Positions 39,495 through 50,068 of a stretch of DNA of 64,000 bases are shown here, in pieces. This stretch comes from an uncultured cyanobacterium. Its GTDB lineage: Bacteria > Cyanobacteriota > Cyanobacteriia > Cyanobacteriales > CAWCAG01. Numbering within the stretch: the stretch's first letter is position 1; each line of letters opens with the position of its first letter. The stretch is from the NCBI GenBank assembly GCA_963803805.1, contig CAWDOD010000003.1, forward strand, positions 224,001-288,000, read 5' to 3'. Below the pieces are notes generated by a model. That model saw only the letters and a program-made list of their open reading frames with translations, was not told the origin of the DNA and ran no database searches. The position numbers were made by a program, and so were the translations under genes.

Positions 39495-39749
39495 TTAGTA
39501 GCATTCTACAATTAAGGTGATGTTATCAATTCCTACTACCCGAACTTTTCGCCCCGGTAGTATCGTTACATTTTGTAAGCATCTAGCAGGCCAATCACTA
39601 GCCCGAAAGTGAACTCTACCGATTTTGCTAGGAATAATCGTTTCTGCCACCTTGGCTTCTCTAGGTGCAAATCGGAAAACGGGATGTTTTTCTATGGGTA
39701 TATAGCTTTGATGTGGTGTTTTATGAAGGCGACGACTAGTAAGTTGCAT
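39495..39749 (-). CDS. Stand-alone NfeD-like C-terminal OB-fold protein (paralog of 37627)
   Basis: YIPIEKH..F.FA.REAKV; GRVHFRASDWPARC...PGRKVRVVGIDNITLIVE. Confidence 0.8.
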   Translation of the reverse strand: MQLTSRRLHKTPHQSYIPIEKHPVFRFAPREAKVAETIIPSKIGRVHFRASDWPARCLQNVTILPGRKVRVVGIDNITLIVECY

Positions 39750-39935
39750 GAATGGTATTCATCTCATAGTGGTAATACCCTCATATTATAGTCACAAAAG
39801 TGAGGTTGACTTTCACTTATGACACTTTCTTAAACTGGCCTAATTTCTTTAAGGGTAGAAATTTGTTTATACTTAAATATTTGCTCAAACCAGAAGGTAA
39901 AGAATCTGCCTTTAGCCCCGATATACAGTGCTACC

Positions 39936-40463
39936 CTACAAATCAAGACACATTACCACGCGTTTAGATGTATCAAAGTTTTCCGCTTCTTGCAACCATA
40001 TTTCCCTTAATTGAGGGTTTAATTGCCCTTCAGGAACAATTCTAAAACCCAACTTGGCATAAAAAGGTGCATTCCAAGGTATGTGGCGAAAAGTAGTGAG
40101 GGTAATGCCAGGTATTTTCTGTTCTTTTGCCCAGGCGATCGCCGTCTTCAGCAATGATGTTCCTACCCCTTGGCGACCATGTTGAGGATGCACACTTAAC
40201 TCTTTAAGATGGGTGTATCCCAAGCTATTAGTCAGCAAAGCAAAACCTACCACTTCATTATACGGCTCCTCAACCGCAACCCAAAGTAAACCTTCCTTTT
40301 GGGCTTGGGTAAATGTGGATAGGGGTATAGTTTCTTGACGCAAACTGAGGGGAATATCTTCTTCAGGAAAAATATTTGTTGCTGCTTGAGAAATAGCGGG
40401 TAAGTTATTGAGATGATGAGGTTGGGCAGGAATAATTTTATATAGGATTTGTGGACTAACCAT
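39936..40463 (-). CDS. GNAT N-acetyltransferase
   Basis: LSVHPQHGRQGVG acetyl-CoA motif; LTTFRHIPWNAPFYAKLGF. Confidence 0.88.
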   Translation of the reverse strand: MVSPQILYKIIPAQPHHLNNLPAISQAATNIFPEEDIPLSLRQETIPLSTFTQAQKEGLLWVAVEEPYNEVVGFALLTNSLGYTHLKELSVHPQHGRQGVGTSLLKTAIAWAKEQKIPGITLTTFRHIPWNAPFYAKLGFRIVPEGQLNPQLREIWLQEAENFDTSKRVVMCLDL

Positions 40464-40831
40464 TTAGTAAATTTTCTCAAAGTTAAACAAATGAGTAATA
40501 CACTATCTGATATTGAAGCCTAGCGACGAGAAGCTGAAGAAAAGCCATTTAACTTGCCCACAAATAACAATTCTACCAGAATCAACCAGCAATCTAATTA
40601 AACGTTGCAAAATGCTACAAAAAAATCTTTTTTTGAGTCGCTTTCTTATTTTTCTCTTGACATGGTAAAATCATTTAAAATAATGGAAATATTTGCAATT
40701 TTTTGAATTAAAGCTTATATTCCCCATTATCAAATATACCATGCCCAGAAGATAGTACCAAGAGAATGAGGAAAATTATTTTCTGCTTATCTATTGTCTA
40801 CAAAAGTCCTTGTTAAAAGCAAATCTCTCAC

Positions 40832-42154
40832 CTAGCAACTAACAACCTCTTCTACTAACTTTGGTACAGCAGCCGTCAACACCTCATTCCCTTCGGCTGT
40901 CACCAAAATATCATCCTCAATACGAATACCAATACCTCGCCAACATTCATCAACTTCCGGTTGGTCTTCTGCTGGTTTAAAATGAGGCGAGATATAAATC
41001 CCCGGTTCAACTGTCACCACATGACCTGGCTGGAAAGCTTGCCAAACTTCCTCTCCATGCTTATAAACCCCAGCATCATGAACATCCAAACCTAACCAAT
41101 GTCCCGTGCGGTGCATATAAAAGGGTTTGTACTTTTCTTCTTTGATAATCTCTTCTAAATCCCCTTGTAACAAACCCAAATCCAACAAACCTTGAACAAT
41201 CACACAAACGGCAATGTCATGAAACTCATTGTAAGGATTGCCCGGTTTAACCTCTGCGATCGCCTTCAATTGTGCCTCTAAAACAATCTCATAAAGGATC
41301 TGTTGTTCTTTACTAAAGCCCCCTTCGACGGGAAAAGTGCGAGTAATATCACCGTTGTAGTAACCATAGGAACAACCGGCATCAATCAACAACAAATCCC
41401 CGGCTTGCATTTGACAGTTGTTTTCAATGTAATGAAGAATGCAAGAATTAGCCCCGGAAGCCACAATAGAAGGATAAGCAGGGCCTAATGCCCCTTGGCG
41501 ACGGAAAAAATGCTCTAACTCTGCTTGAACTTCATATTCAAATACCCCTGGTTTAGCAACCTCCCTAGCTAAATTATGTGCCTCAGACGAAATATCTGTA
41601 GCTTTACGCAACAAAGCTAATTCACCAGGACTTTTCACCTTACGCATTCCGTGTAAAATTGGTCCTGGATCAGCGATCGCAGTTGGTCCTATCCCACTCT
41701 TTTGATAACTTCTAACCATCCTTTGGTAGTGATGAAGGACAGTATTATTAAAGCGGCGATCCCGTCCTAAATGGTAATAGATGCGGTCAGCTTTTTGCAA
41801 ATACTGGGGCAGCTTTTCATTTAACTCCTCCATCGGATAAGCTTCATCAGCCCCAAACTGTTCTTTAGCTGCTTCTACCCCAAGACGATAACCTGTCCAA
41901 GTTTCCTTTTCCGGGTCTTTCTTCTGGACAAAAAGCACAAAGCGATGTTCATCATGGTGGGGGGCTAACACCGCTACGGCTTCTGTTTCATTGAAACCTG
42001 TTAAATAATAAAAATCACTATCTTGACGAAAAGGGTACTCTACATCATGGTGCATCACTGCCAGAGGCGCACTACAAAAGATGGCTGTACCATTGCCAAT
42101 TTTGCCCATAAACTCTTCTCGACGTTGATAGTATTCTTGTTTTTCTATACCCAT
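40832..42154 (-). CDS. pepP: Xaa-Pro aminopeptidase
   Basis: FRQDSDFYYLTG, LIDAG..Y..DITRT, HRTGHWLGLDVHD, TVEPGIY, GIRIEDD. Confidence 0.93.
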   Translation of the reverse strand: MGIEKQEYYQRREEFMGKIGNGTAIFCSAPLAVMHHDVEYPFRQDSDFYYLTGFNETEAVAVLAPHHDEHRFVLFVQKKDPEKETWTGYRLGVEAAKEQFGADEAYPMEELNEKLPQYLQKADRIYYHLGRDRRFNNTVLHHYQRMVRSYQKSGIGPTAIADPGPILHGMRKVKSPGELALLRKATDISSEAHNLAREVAKPGVFEYEVQAELEHFFRRQGALGPAYPSIVASGANSCILHYIENNCQMQAGDLLLIDAGCSYGYYNGDITRTFPVEGGFSKEQQILYEIVLEAQLKAIAEVKPGNPYNEFHDIAVCVIVQGLLDLGLLQGDLEEIIKEEKYKPFYMHRTGHWLGLDVHDAGVYKHGEEVWQAFQPGHVVTVEPGIYISPHFKPAEDQPEVDECWRGIGIRIEDDILVTAEGNEVLTAAVPKLVEEVVSC

Positions 42155-42295
42155 AATTTTTCAGTTATCAATGATTAGTTATCAGTTGTTGATTTTTAAT
42201 AAAGTTAAAGGCTAAGACTATTGATATTTAACCCTTTACCCTTTCCTTTAATTGGTATATCTCCGACACCGCTAAAGAAAAAGGGTATTAACCAA

Positions 42296-43069
42296 TTAAT
42301 AACTCATGACGCGAATGACTGGGCCATTTTGCGGTAGATTTCCAGGTGAGACTGTCATCGTACTACTTCCAACTCTACTTACCGGAGTTCCCTCTGTAAC
42401 TGTCAAAAACTCATCCACTGGGGCAATATCACATTGATTAGAATCCGCTTTGGAAGTACGGTAATGGGTAGGAATAACTAACTTAGGCTTAAGTTCATCC
42501 ATCGCCTTCTTCGCTTCCTGGGCATTGTAAGCTTTTTCCCCTCCTCCTACGGGTATCAAAGCCACATCTGGTGACCCGCCAATGAGAATCTTTTGTTCTA
42601 TATCTATGGGTGCTGCTGCCCCTCCTAAATGGAGAATTCTGACACCAGCTTGAGTCCAACGCCAAGCGACATTAGTACCAAACCTCCTGCCTCCTTTGCG
42701 ATCATGGTCGATAGCAATGCCTTGAAACTCTTTTCCCTCAAACTCAAAAGCCCCTGCTTCATAAAGGACTTTAGGGTTGCCTGGCAAGCCTTCTGCTGCC
42801 CCTTCATCAAGGAGAAAGCTACTGATTAAAACTAAATCTGCACCCACTTTAGGGGCCTGATAGCCAGCCGTACAACCTAAAGCTTTGAAAGGATTGACCA
42901 AAACCCGCATACCACCACCAGTAAACAAAAAACAGGTGTGGCCTAACCATTTAATGGAAAGAGAACCACCTGTTTGTGCCTGAGAGGGGTTTAATCTAGA
43001 GCTTAATATTGTACCTGATGCGGCTAATAAACTTGCTCCACCGTAGCGTATTAACTGTCGCCGTTTCAT
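42296..43069 (-). CDS. MBL-fold metallo-hydrolase-like protein with Tat signal
   Basis: MKRRQLI twin-arginine signal; WLGHTCFL; IPTHY. Confidence 0.82.
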   Translation of the reverse strand: MKRRQLIRYGGASLLAASGTILSSRLNPSQAQTGGSLSIKWLGHTCFLFTGGGMRVLVNPFKALGCTAGYQAPKVGADLVLISSFLLDEGAAEGLPGNPKVLYEAGAFEFEGKEFQGIAIDHDRKGGRRFGTNVAWRWTQAGVRILHLGGAAAPIDIEQKILIGGSPDVALIPVGGGEKAYNAQEAKKAMDELKPKLVIPTHYRTSKADSNQCDIAPVDEFLTVTEGTPVSRVGSSTMTVSPGNLPQNGPVIRVMSY

Positions 43070-43106
43070 CTATTTTTTCCCTTGTAAGACTTGCTTTTTT
43101 AACTTT

Positions 43107-43757
43107 TTATACCCTTACCACTTCTTCTTCACTATGAACAGATTGCCCTTCTAAGGATGACAAGAAGTTCTGCAAAATCTGTTTTCCAGTGGTGGTAAGA
43201 ATACTCTCTGGATGAAATTGGACTCCTTGAATGTGAGGATAGTTCCTGTGTCTTACGCCCATTACCGTACCATCATCTACCCAAGCGGTTACTTCTAGAG
43301 TTTCAGGTAGGGTTTCTTTTTCAATCACTAAACTATGATATCGAGTCGCCCGAAAAGGGCTAGTTATATTTCGGAAAACACCTATTCCTTGATGGTATAT
43401 TTGGGAGGTTTTACCGTGCATTAAAGTGGGTGCAGAAATAATTTTGCCACCAAACACTTGACCAATACTTTGATGTCCTAAACAAACTCCTAAAATAGGT
43501 AATTCAGGACCTAATTGTTTGATTAAATCTAAGGATATGCCTGCATCATCGGGACGGCCAGGACCTGGAGAAATAACTACTCCATCAGGTTTGAGGTTAC
43601 GAATTTCTTCAATAGTGATTTTATCGTTTCGGTACACCTGTATTTCAGAAGTTACGGGTAAAGTTGCCCTAAACTCCCCTAAATACTGTACCAAGTTGTA
43701 AGTAAAACTGTCGTAGTTATCAATAACAATAATCAAGCGGGTATCTCCTGGTATCAT
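43107..43757 (-). CDS. trpG: Anthranilate/aminodeoxychorismate synthase component II
   Basis: IDNYDSFTYNL, SPGPG.P, GVCLGHQ, RYHSL, QFHPES. Confidence 0.9.
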   Translation of the reverse strand: MIPGDTRLIIVIDNYDSFTYNLVQYLGEFRATLPVTSEIQVYRNDKITIEEIRNLKPDGVVISPGPGRPDDAGISLDLIKQLGPELPILGVCLGHQSIGQVFGGKIISAPTLMHGKTSQIYHQGIGVFRNITSPFRATRYHSLVIEKETLPETLEVTAWVDDGTVMGVRHRNYPHIQGVQFHPESILTTTGKQILQNFLSSLEGQSVHSEEEVVRV

Positions 43758-43847
43758 TTATCATTAAGCATTCATCATTTATCAACAGACTTGATATAGG
43801 ATAACTAAGATAAATAATTTGCTAATAATATTATCCCGCCAAGGGTT

Positions 43848-44381
43848 TTATTGCACAGCAGATATTAAAGTAAATAAGCGTGGTAATAAAATTAAGCCAG
43901 CGACCAACATCGCCCCTAAAGCGGAGATCAGTACCGCCCCCGCAGCACAATCTTTAGCAATTTTCGCCAATTCATGATAGGTTTGCTTAACAGTAAGATC
44001 CACTACCGATTCAATCGCTGTATTCAACAACTCCAAGACCAATACCAAAGCACAAGTTAAGCCAATTATCGCCATTTCCACCGTAGAAATTCTTAAAAAG
44101 AAGCCTAAGCTCACTGCGACACTACCAATTACTGTATGAATGCGAAAATTCCTTTGGGTAACAAAAGCATAACGCACCCCGGCCCAAGCATATTTAAAAC
44201 TAAGAAAAAGATTGGGAGCAACTTTCCAGGCTAAGAAACGCTCGGTTTTTTGGGTTTGAGGTAAGGGGGAAATAGGTTTGGCTGGGTTAGCACTCACCAT
44301 AGAATTTGCGGGTAAAAATTTAGTAACATGAGAATTACTGGTTCTTGTTGGTACTGACCTTTGGTTTAATCTCATAGTCAA
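43848..44381 (-). CDS. dgkA: Prokaryotic diacylglycerol/undecaprenol kinase
   Basis: QRNFRIH, ELLNTAIESVVDL, AKIAKD.AAGAV. Confidence 0.88.
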   Translation of the reverse strand: MTMRLNQRSVPTRTSNSHVTKFLPANSMVSANPAKPISPLPQTQKTERFLAWKVAPNLFLSFKYAWAGVRYAFVTQRNFRIHTVIGSVAVSLGFFLRISTVEMAIIGLTCALVLVLELLNTAIESVVDLTVKQTYHELAKIAKDCAAGAVLISALGAMLVAGLILLPRLFTLISAVQ

Positions 44382-44411
44382 AGCTTATTTAAGGCGACAC
44401 TTTAAATATAC

Positions 44412-44939
44412 TTACAGCAGAAATTTTTGATTCTGGGGGACAAGACCCACTAGGTTTAATAATGTTTCTTGTAAACAGAGCATTTCTTGCAAACTTTCTT
44501 GATCAGGGTGATCCCAACCTAAAAGATGTAAGAGGCCATGGGTGGTTAACCAAGCCAATTCAACTTGCAAAGAATGTCCCTGGGCCTTAGCTTGCTTCCA
44601 GGCTGTGTCAACAGAAATAATGATGTCCCCAAGGTAGAGAGGTTCTGACTTGTCTAGTTGAGGCAGATCTACTTCTAATGTTGCAAAGGCTAATACATCT
44701 GTGGGGACATTTTTGTTACGGTATTGACCGTTGAGGGTTTCTATTTCGCGATCGCCGCTCAGACGTAAGCATAATTCGTAGGCTATTGCTTCAGGAATTT
44801 GAGTAGATAAATTCTTAAACCAACACTGAAACCAACTTTGAACTGTTGCTGTATCAACACCAGGATTATCTAGAGATGAAGTAGGGAAAAAAACATCCTG
44901 AAGGCATACTTCTATCATTAAACATTTATCATTGAACAT
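44412..44939 (-). CDS. ybeY: rRNA maturation RNase YbeY
   Basis: LN..YR....PTDVL.F, LGDIIIS, HGLLHLLGWDH. Confidence 0.92.
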   Translation of the reverse strand: MFNDKCLMIEVCLQDVFFPTSSLDNPGVDTATVQSWFQCWFKNLSTQIPEAIAYELCLRLSGDREIETLNGQYRNKNVPTDVLAFATLEVDLPQLDKSEPLYLGDIIISVDTAWKQAKAQGHSLQVELAWLTTHGLLHLLGWDHPDQESLQEMLCLQETLLNLVGLVPQNQKFLL

Positions 44940-44966
44940 TTATCATTGAAAATAAATGGTGTGACA

Positions 44967-45170
44967 TTAAGGTCTTGTTAAATAAGAAAGACCGATGAAA
45001 AAAGCGATTAAGCCGATAGCACTAAGAAAAAAGTGCCGGAGGGATTTACCACCTTTACGCACCATATTTCGCATTGCTAGTTTGACATAACTAGGAGGTG
45101 CTTCCTGGGGAGGGGTTGAAGGTTCAGGAGGATCTAAGGTGATTTGTTCTGTATCAGAAGGTTGATTCAT
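44967..45170 (-). CDS. DUF3285-type small membrane protein
   Basis: PSYVKLAMRNMVRKG..SL.HF.L. Confidence 0.8.
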   Translation of the reverse strand: MNQPSDTEQITLDPPEPSTPPQEAPPSYVKLAMRNMVRKGGKSLRHFFLSAIGLIAFFIGLSYLTRP

Positions 45171-45415
45171 TGCTAAAAAAACGAGATAGGTTTTACTGCT
45201 TCTAATCTACCTCAATGTAACAATTTATTGAGCATCGGTAAAAAAATCCCCTTCTTGTCTATTTTCAATAAAACTTATGCAGTAAAACAAAAACTCAGGA
45301 GTTCCAGGCAGTGGGTAACAGATAGTTAACAGGTACTGAGTGTGTTCCTGAGCAAAATTCTGTGGCAACCTGGATAGTATAGAGTCAAGTCCTTCCTCAC
45401 ATTAATATAGATCCC

Positions 45416-47077
45416 ATGAGCAACTATCCAGAACTTTCTCACCATGGTTATCAAATTGAAAGAGTCTTAGGGAAAAACTCCTTTGGGGGTAGAGTAACCT
45501 ATAAAGCTCAAAAAGGTGAACAACCTGTTGTGATTAAGCATTTTCAATTTGCTCAATCTGATTCTAGCTGGGCAGAATATAAAGCCTATGAGTCAGAAAT
45601 TGCCATGTTGCAACAACTTGATCATTCTAGTATTCCTCGTTACCTAGATTCTTTTGAAACCCCCACTGGTTTTTGCTTAGTTCAAGAATACAAACAAGCA
45701 ATTTCCCTAGCTTCTCCTCTACAATTTACGCCTCAACAAGTTAGGGAAATTGCCTTGGCGGTGTTGGATGTTTTGGTTTATTTACAACAGCAACATCCCC
45801 CGATTATTCATCGCGATATTAAACCAGAAAATATTCTGATTGAAAGGGGGCAAAAAATCAAGGTTTACTTAGTAGATTTTGGTTTTGCCCGTCCAGGGGG
45901 AGAAGATATGGCTGTTAGTAGTGTGGTTAAAGGCACTTTGGGCTTTATGCCCCCGGAACAGATGTTTAATCGCCAATTAACCAAAGCTTCGGATCTTTAC
46001 AGCTTAGGTGCAACCCTGATTTGTTTACTAACAGGTACAAAATCTTCGGGAATTGGTAACTTAATCGACGAAACTAACCGTATTAATTTTCGCTCCTCAG
46101 TACCAAGGTTACATCGTCCTTTTTACAAATGGCTAGAAAAAATGGTTGCCCCTAGCCCCAGGGATCGTTATCCTACTGCTCAAGCGGCTTTAAGCGCCCT
46201 AGAAGCCATTGAGGCAGTGAAGGAACGTAAGGTTACTAGTAGATGTCTGAGTAAGAGACATTCTTCTGGCAAAATGTCTGCCGAAACTGTTGTTTTTGGT
46301 TTGCTATGCTTTCTAGTTGCTTTTATGAGCGCCTTACAAGAAAATGTTAAACAAACAGTTATTCAACCAGTAGAAGTTCAACCATCGAGTACAGAACCCA
46401 TTAACGATCTTGACCGTCTACTAACTACAGGGGAATGTCGTAATTGTGAACTGGCTAAAGCTAATTTAGAAGGATTTGATTTAGCAGGAGTTGACCTTGA
46501 AGGTGCAAACTTAGAAAAAGCAAACCTCAAAGGTGCGATTTTACTCAATGCTAATTTAAAAAATGCTCACCTTAGAAAAGCTGACCTGAGCAATGCTATC
46601 TTAGAAGAAAGTTATCTAGAAAAGGCTAATTTGAAAGATGCTAACCTCGAAGATGCTAACTTACTGAAAGCATCCTTAGAAGAAGCAAATCTCAAAGGAG
46701 CTATTTTAAATAGAGCGCAACTCAATCAAGCTGATCTAGAAGATGCCAATTTAGAAGATGCCAGTTTAGAACAAGCTCGACTAATTTCTGCTAATTTGCA
46801 AGATACCTATCTCTGGCGGGCGAATTTAGAAAGGGCTGATTTGTTAGAAGCGAATTTAGAAGGAGCTAATCTGCAAAACGCTAACCTCGAAGAAAGTCAC
46901 TTAGAAGAAGCAGATCTCAAAGGTGCAGACCTCAGAAATGCAGATTTACGGGCAGCTAGTCTTACCAATGCCGACTTAGAGGATGCGAATTTAGAAAATG
47001 CTTATTTAGAAGGTACGCAGATCAATGGAGCTAATTTATCTGGGACTACTTTACCTGATGGCAGAAGGTATGAATAA
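45416..47077 (+). CDS. Ser/Thr kinase with TM segment and C-terminal pentapeptide repeats
   Basis: HRDIKPEN, DFG, GTLGFMPPEQ; C..C then long A(N/D)L repeats. Confidence 0.9.
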   Translation: MSNYPELSHHGYQIERVLGKNSFGGRVTYKAQKGEQPVVIKHFQFAQSDSSWAEYKAYESEIAMLQQLDHSSIPRYLDSFETPTGFCLVQEYKQAISLASPLQFTPQQVREIALAVLDVLVYLQQQHPPIIHRDIKPENILIERGQKIKVYLVDFGFARPGGEDMAVSSVVKGTLGFMPPEQMFNRQLTKASDLYSLGATLICLLTGTKSSGIGNLIDETNRINFRSSVPRLHRPFYKWLEKMVAPSPRDRYPTAQAALSALEAIEAVKERKVTSRCLSKRHSSGKMSAETVVFGLLCFLVAFMSALQENVKQTVIQPVEVQPSSTEPINDLDRLLTTGECRNCELAKANLEGFDLAGVDLEGANLEKANLKGAILLNANLKNAHLRKADLSNAILEESYLEKANLKDANLEDANLLKASLEEANLKGAILNRAQLNQADLEDANLEDASLEQARLISANLQDTYLWRANLERADLLEANLEGANLQNANLEESHLEEADLKGADLRNADLRAASLTNADLEDANLENAYLEGTQINGANLSGTTLPDGRRYE

Positions 47078-47097
47078 TTTTATAGGTAATAGGTTCA

Positions 47098-47200
47098 TAA
47101 GCTGTCAGGCATTTAATTTACTTATTAGGTTTGATGGGGGGAGGGTTTTAGGGCTTATTTCCTAGTTGAGTAATACACAGTTTAAATGCACATCAGCTTA
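47098..47200. mobile_element. MITE-like element, 103 bp (copy A)
   Basis: TIRs TAAGCTGTCAGGCATTTAA / TTAAATGCACATCAGCTTA; inverted copy at 58199. Confidence 0.75.
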
Positions 47201-47202
47201 GT

Positions 47203-47964
47203 ATGTCTAAATTAGAAGTATATCAGCCTCCTACCTTTGCAACCCCAGCAGCCGAACGCCTTCATCGGCAACAACGCTTAGCTGCCGCCCTTCGTCTTTT
47301 TGCTTTATACGGATATGACGAAGGAGTTGCAGGACATATTACAGCCCGTGATCCAGAATTGACTGATTGCTTTTGGGTTAACCCTTTTGGTATGTACTTT
47401 GGTCACATCAGCGTTTCTGACTTGATTTTGGTCAACCACAAAGGTGAGGTTGTAGAGGGAAACAAACCAGTTAATGCGGCTGCTTTTGCCATCCATTCTC
47501 AAATTCACCAAGCAAGGCCAGATGTGATCGCAGCAGCCCATGCCCACTCTCTTCATGGTAAGGCTTGGTCAACTTTAGGAAGACTTCTTGACCCCCTTAC
47601 CCAAGATGCCTGTGCTTTCTATGAAGATCATAGTTTATTTGATGATTATACAGGGGTCGTTCTCGATAGAGAAGAAGGCAAGCGCATCGCTACGACATTA
47701 GGGGAAAGAAAAGCGATTATCCTTCGTAATCATGGCTTACTAACCGTTGGACATTCCATTGATGAAGCAGCTTGGTGGTTTATCACTATGGATCGCTCCT
47801 GTCAAGCACAATTAGTAGCAGAAGCTGTAGGTAAACCAAAGTTAATTGCTCCTGAAGTAGCTAGCTTAACCTACAGTCAAATTGGCACTCATTATTTGGG
47901 TTGGTTTAGTTTTCAATCTTTATATGAAAAAATTGTTAGTCTTCAGCCAGACTTACTTAATTGA
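47203..47964 (+). CDS. Class II aldolase/adducin family protein
   Basis: EGVAGHITARDP, AAFAIHSQIH.ARPD, AAHAHS, LRNHGLLTVG. Confidence 0.9.
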   Translation: MSKLEVYQPPTFATPAAERLHRQQRLAAALRLFALYGYDEGVAGHITARDPELTDCFWVNPFGMYFGHISVSDLILVNHKGEVVEGNKPVNAAAFAIHSQIHQARPDVIAAAHAHSLHGKAWSTLGRLLDPLTQDACAFYEDHSLFDDYTGVVLDREEGKRIATTLGERKAIILRNHGLLTVGHSIDEAAWWFITMDRSCQAQLVAEAVGKPKLIAPEVASLTYSQIGTHYLGWFSFQSLYEKIVSLQPDLLN

Positions 47965-47991
47965 ACATGAGTTCAATGTCAGAAATGCAGG

Positions 47992-48537
47992 TTAGAAAAG
48001 TAGCGGCCGTTTCTTAAGAAAATTTCGCTGTAGTGGTTCAAACAATCTACCCACCCTTAATTTTCGATTATTAGTAGCAGTTGTTTCTCCTGCTAGAATG
48101 TCTACATTCACTTGAGTTAAAGCACTTGTAGTAAAGTTAAAATATTCTGGGGTAGGGGTAGTGAAATATTCACCATAACTAATTTCTGTCTGAATTTTTT
48201 TAGCTAAATAATTAACTTCGATTCTCAACCCGGCTAAGGTTACTTTTTCTCCCGCTTTAATCAAAAGAAGTAGGTCATGGCTACAAAAAATGCCTATAAA
48301 ATGATGTTTACTTCCTTGCAGCCATATTTGCTCTAACTCCCGCCATCTGAGGTTTTCGCGAGTGCTACTGCTCATTTGAAATATAGCTAACGCCATACCA
48401 ACAGCAGAGTTTTCGCCCCAGCCTTGAATAGGTATACTAATTAATTCTGAATCAGAGGAAACAAGAACTGCATCTTCTACACCGAGATTATGATGAACAA
48501 ATTGTCTAAGAAGATCATTCAAATAAACTAAGTTCAT
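47992..48537 (-). CDS. Divergent roadblock/LC7 (MglB-like) domain protein
   Basis: L..FV.....VE.AVLVS.D, R..L....LEQI...G, LL..A.....L..L; extended C-terminus. Confidence 0.55.
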   Translation of the reverse strand: MNLVYLNDLLRQFVHHNLGVEDAVLVSSDSELISIPIQGWGENSAVGMALAIFQMSSSTRENLRWRELEQIWLQGSKHHFIGIFCSHDLLLLIKAGEKVTLAGLRIEVNYLAKKIQTEISYGEYFTTPTPEYFNFTTSALTQVNVDILAGETTATNNRKLRVGRLFEPLQRNFLKKRPLLF

Positions 48538-48694
48538 AGTTCCTGCACTACTTATCCACTGACTATACTATAAAACTTTCTTCCAAAAGCGCTGAGGTTC
48601 ACATCGGTTATTTGGCTGAAAATTGTCATCAATTCCAGCCATTATTCTTAAAATATAACCTCAAGAGGAGCAACCTAATCAATACATAGCAAGA

Positions 48695-49840
48695 TTAAAT
48701 CTCCGGTTTATAAGCGACCCAATACTTACTAACAAAATGATTTGCTATAACAACATTTTCAAAACCAGCTTTTTCAAAACGTTCTGTCAAATTATCTGTA
48801 ATGTAATGCCTGTAATATGGTTCGTGGAAAATAGCCGGAAAATTTTCCATCATCGGGGTCAATTCTGGAAAATCAAGAGCCTGTATAGAATCACAAATCA
48901 CAAATACCCCTCCAGGTTTGATAACTCGAAATGCTTCTTCTATAACTCTCTGGCGTACTTCTGGCGGTAACTCATGGAAGGTGAATACACAACTAAGACC
49001 ATGGAAATAGTTATCTAAATAAGGCAATTCTTCTGCCTTGGCTTGCAATAATTGAGGCAATTCCCCAGGATTCTCTGAAAGTAATTGATTGGCTTTGCGT
49101 AAATAAGCAGGGGATAAGTCAATGCCAAATAAGGAGGCTTTTGGTAAAGTAGCACGAATTTGTTTCAATGTTCGACCCGTACCACAAGCTAGATCCAAAA
49201 CGCGGATTTGCTGAGGGCGAATTTCCTCAAACTTTTCTAGTCCTAGTTGTAAAGGCTCAAGAATACGTCGCCGCATAGCATCTGCTGCACCATTAAAAAG
49301 CAATTCTACCTGCAAATCGTAAAGATTAGCTGATTGATCACTTAAATAACCATCGGTTTGGTGGTGGAAATTTTGTAAATAGTAGGGAGGATAGTCCTCT
49401 TTGTCGATTTCTGGGGCAAAGGTTTGATATTGCTTCTGTTGCAATCTTTGCCAAATTGCAGGCATATCTAACCAAACCAGAGGATAATAGCGGAAGAAAT
49501 CTGACCAAGGGTTATCAAAGAGCAAGCTATGGGGATAAATACCTTTTTGGGCATCTTGCCAATCAACTTCTAGCAACTCACCCATTCTTTGCTGAATTTG
49601 GAGCAAAATTTTTGGTGAGAGAGGAATTGTGTTTTTATCCTGGTGGGGAACAAAGAAACTAGTTAAGCGGTTATTGACGGCTTTGTGAATTAAGCTAAAA
49701 TAACTTTTGCTTTGTTGAAAGGCTTGGTAACTAGCCTTGGTGAAGGTATCAGATAAGCTTGAAGCTTGGTTAAAATTAGGATTAGATTGCATGGATGCGA
49801 AAATAAATAATTTATCAGTTGTGTGGTTGTTCTTTGACAA
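48695..49840 (-). CDS. Class I SAM-dependent methyltransferase
   Basis: YP.YYLQNFHHQTDGYLS, VLDLACGTG, DLSPAYL, FHELP. Confidence 0.88.
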   Translation of the reverse strand: MSKNNHTTDKLFIFASMQSNPNFNQASSLSDTFTKASYQAFQQSKSYFSLIHKAVNNRLTSFFVPHQDKNTIPLSPKILLQIQQRMGELLEVDWQDAQKGIYPHSLLFDNPWSDFFRYYPLVWLDMPAIWQRLQQKQYQTFAPEIDKEDYPPYYLQNFHHQTDGYLSDQSANLYDLQVELLFNGAADAMRRRILEPLQLGLEKFEEIRPQQIRVLDLACGTGRTLKQIRATLPKASLFGIDLSPAYLRKANQLLSENPGELPQLLQAKAEELPYLDNYFHGLSCVFTFHELPPEVRQRVIEEAFRVIKPGGVFVICDSIQALDFPELTPMMENFPAIFHEPYYRHYITDNLTERFEKAGFENVVIANHFVSKYWVAYKPEI

Positions 49841-50068
49841 TAAATTTAAGTTTTGTAAAGTTTATTATAACGAATCCCAAAATCAGTTCGCAAAAAAACG
49901 CTGATATTTCAGTTAAGCCTGTAACAAAGGTTAAGCTTACGGTGTTGAGGGATACGCCAAAGGTTTAGAAAGAGACTTTTAACTTTTGAGGTATTGTCAT
50001 CCAGCAGTAGGTTGAAAGTTGAGAACGAATATCCTATACTCTCCTAATCCCACAGGAGGAAGCCATTT

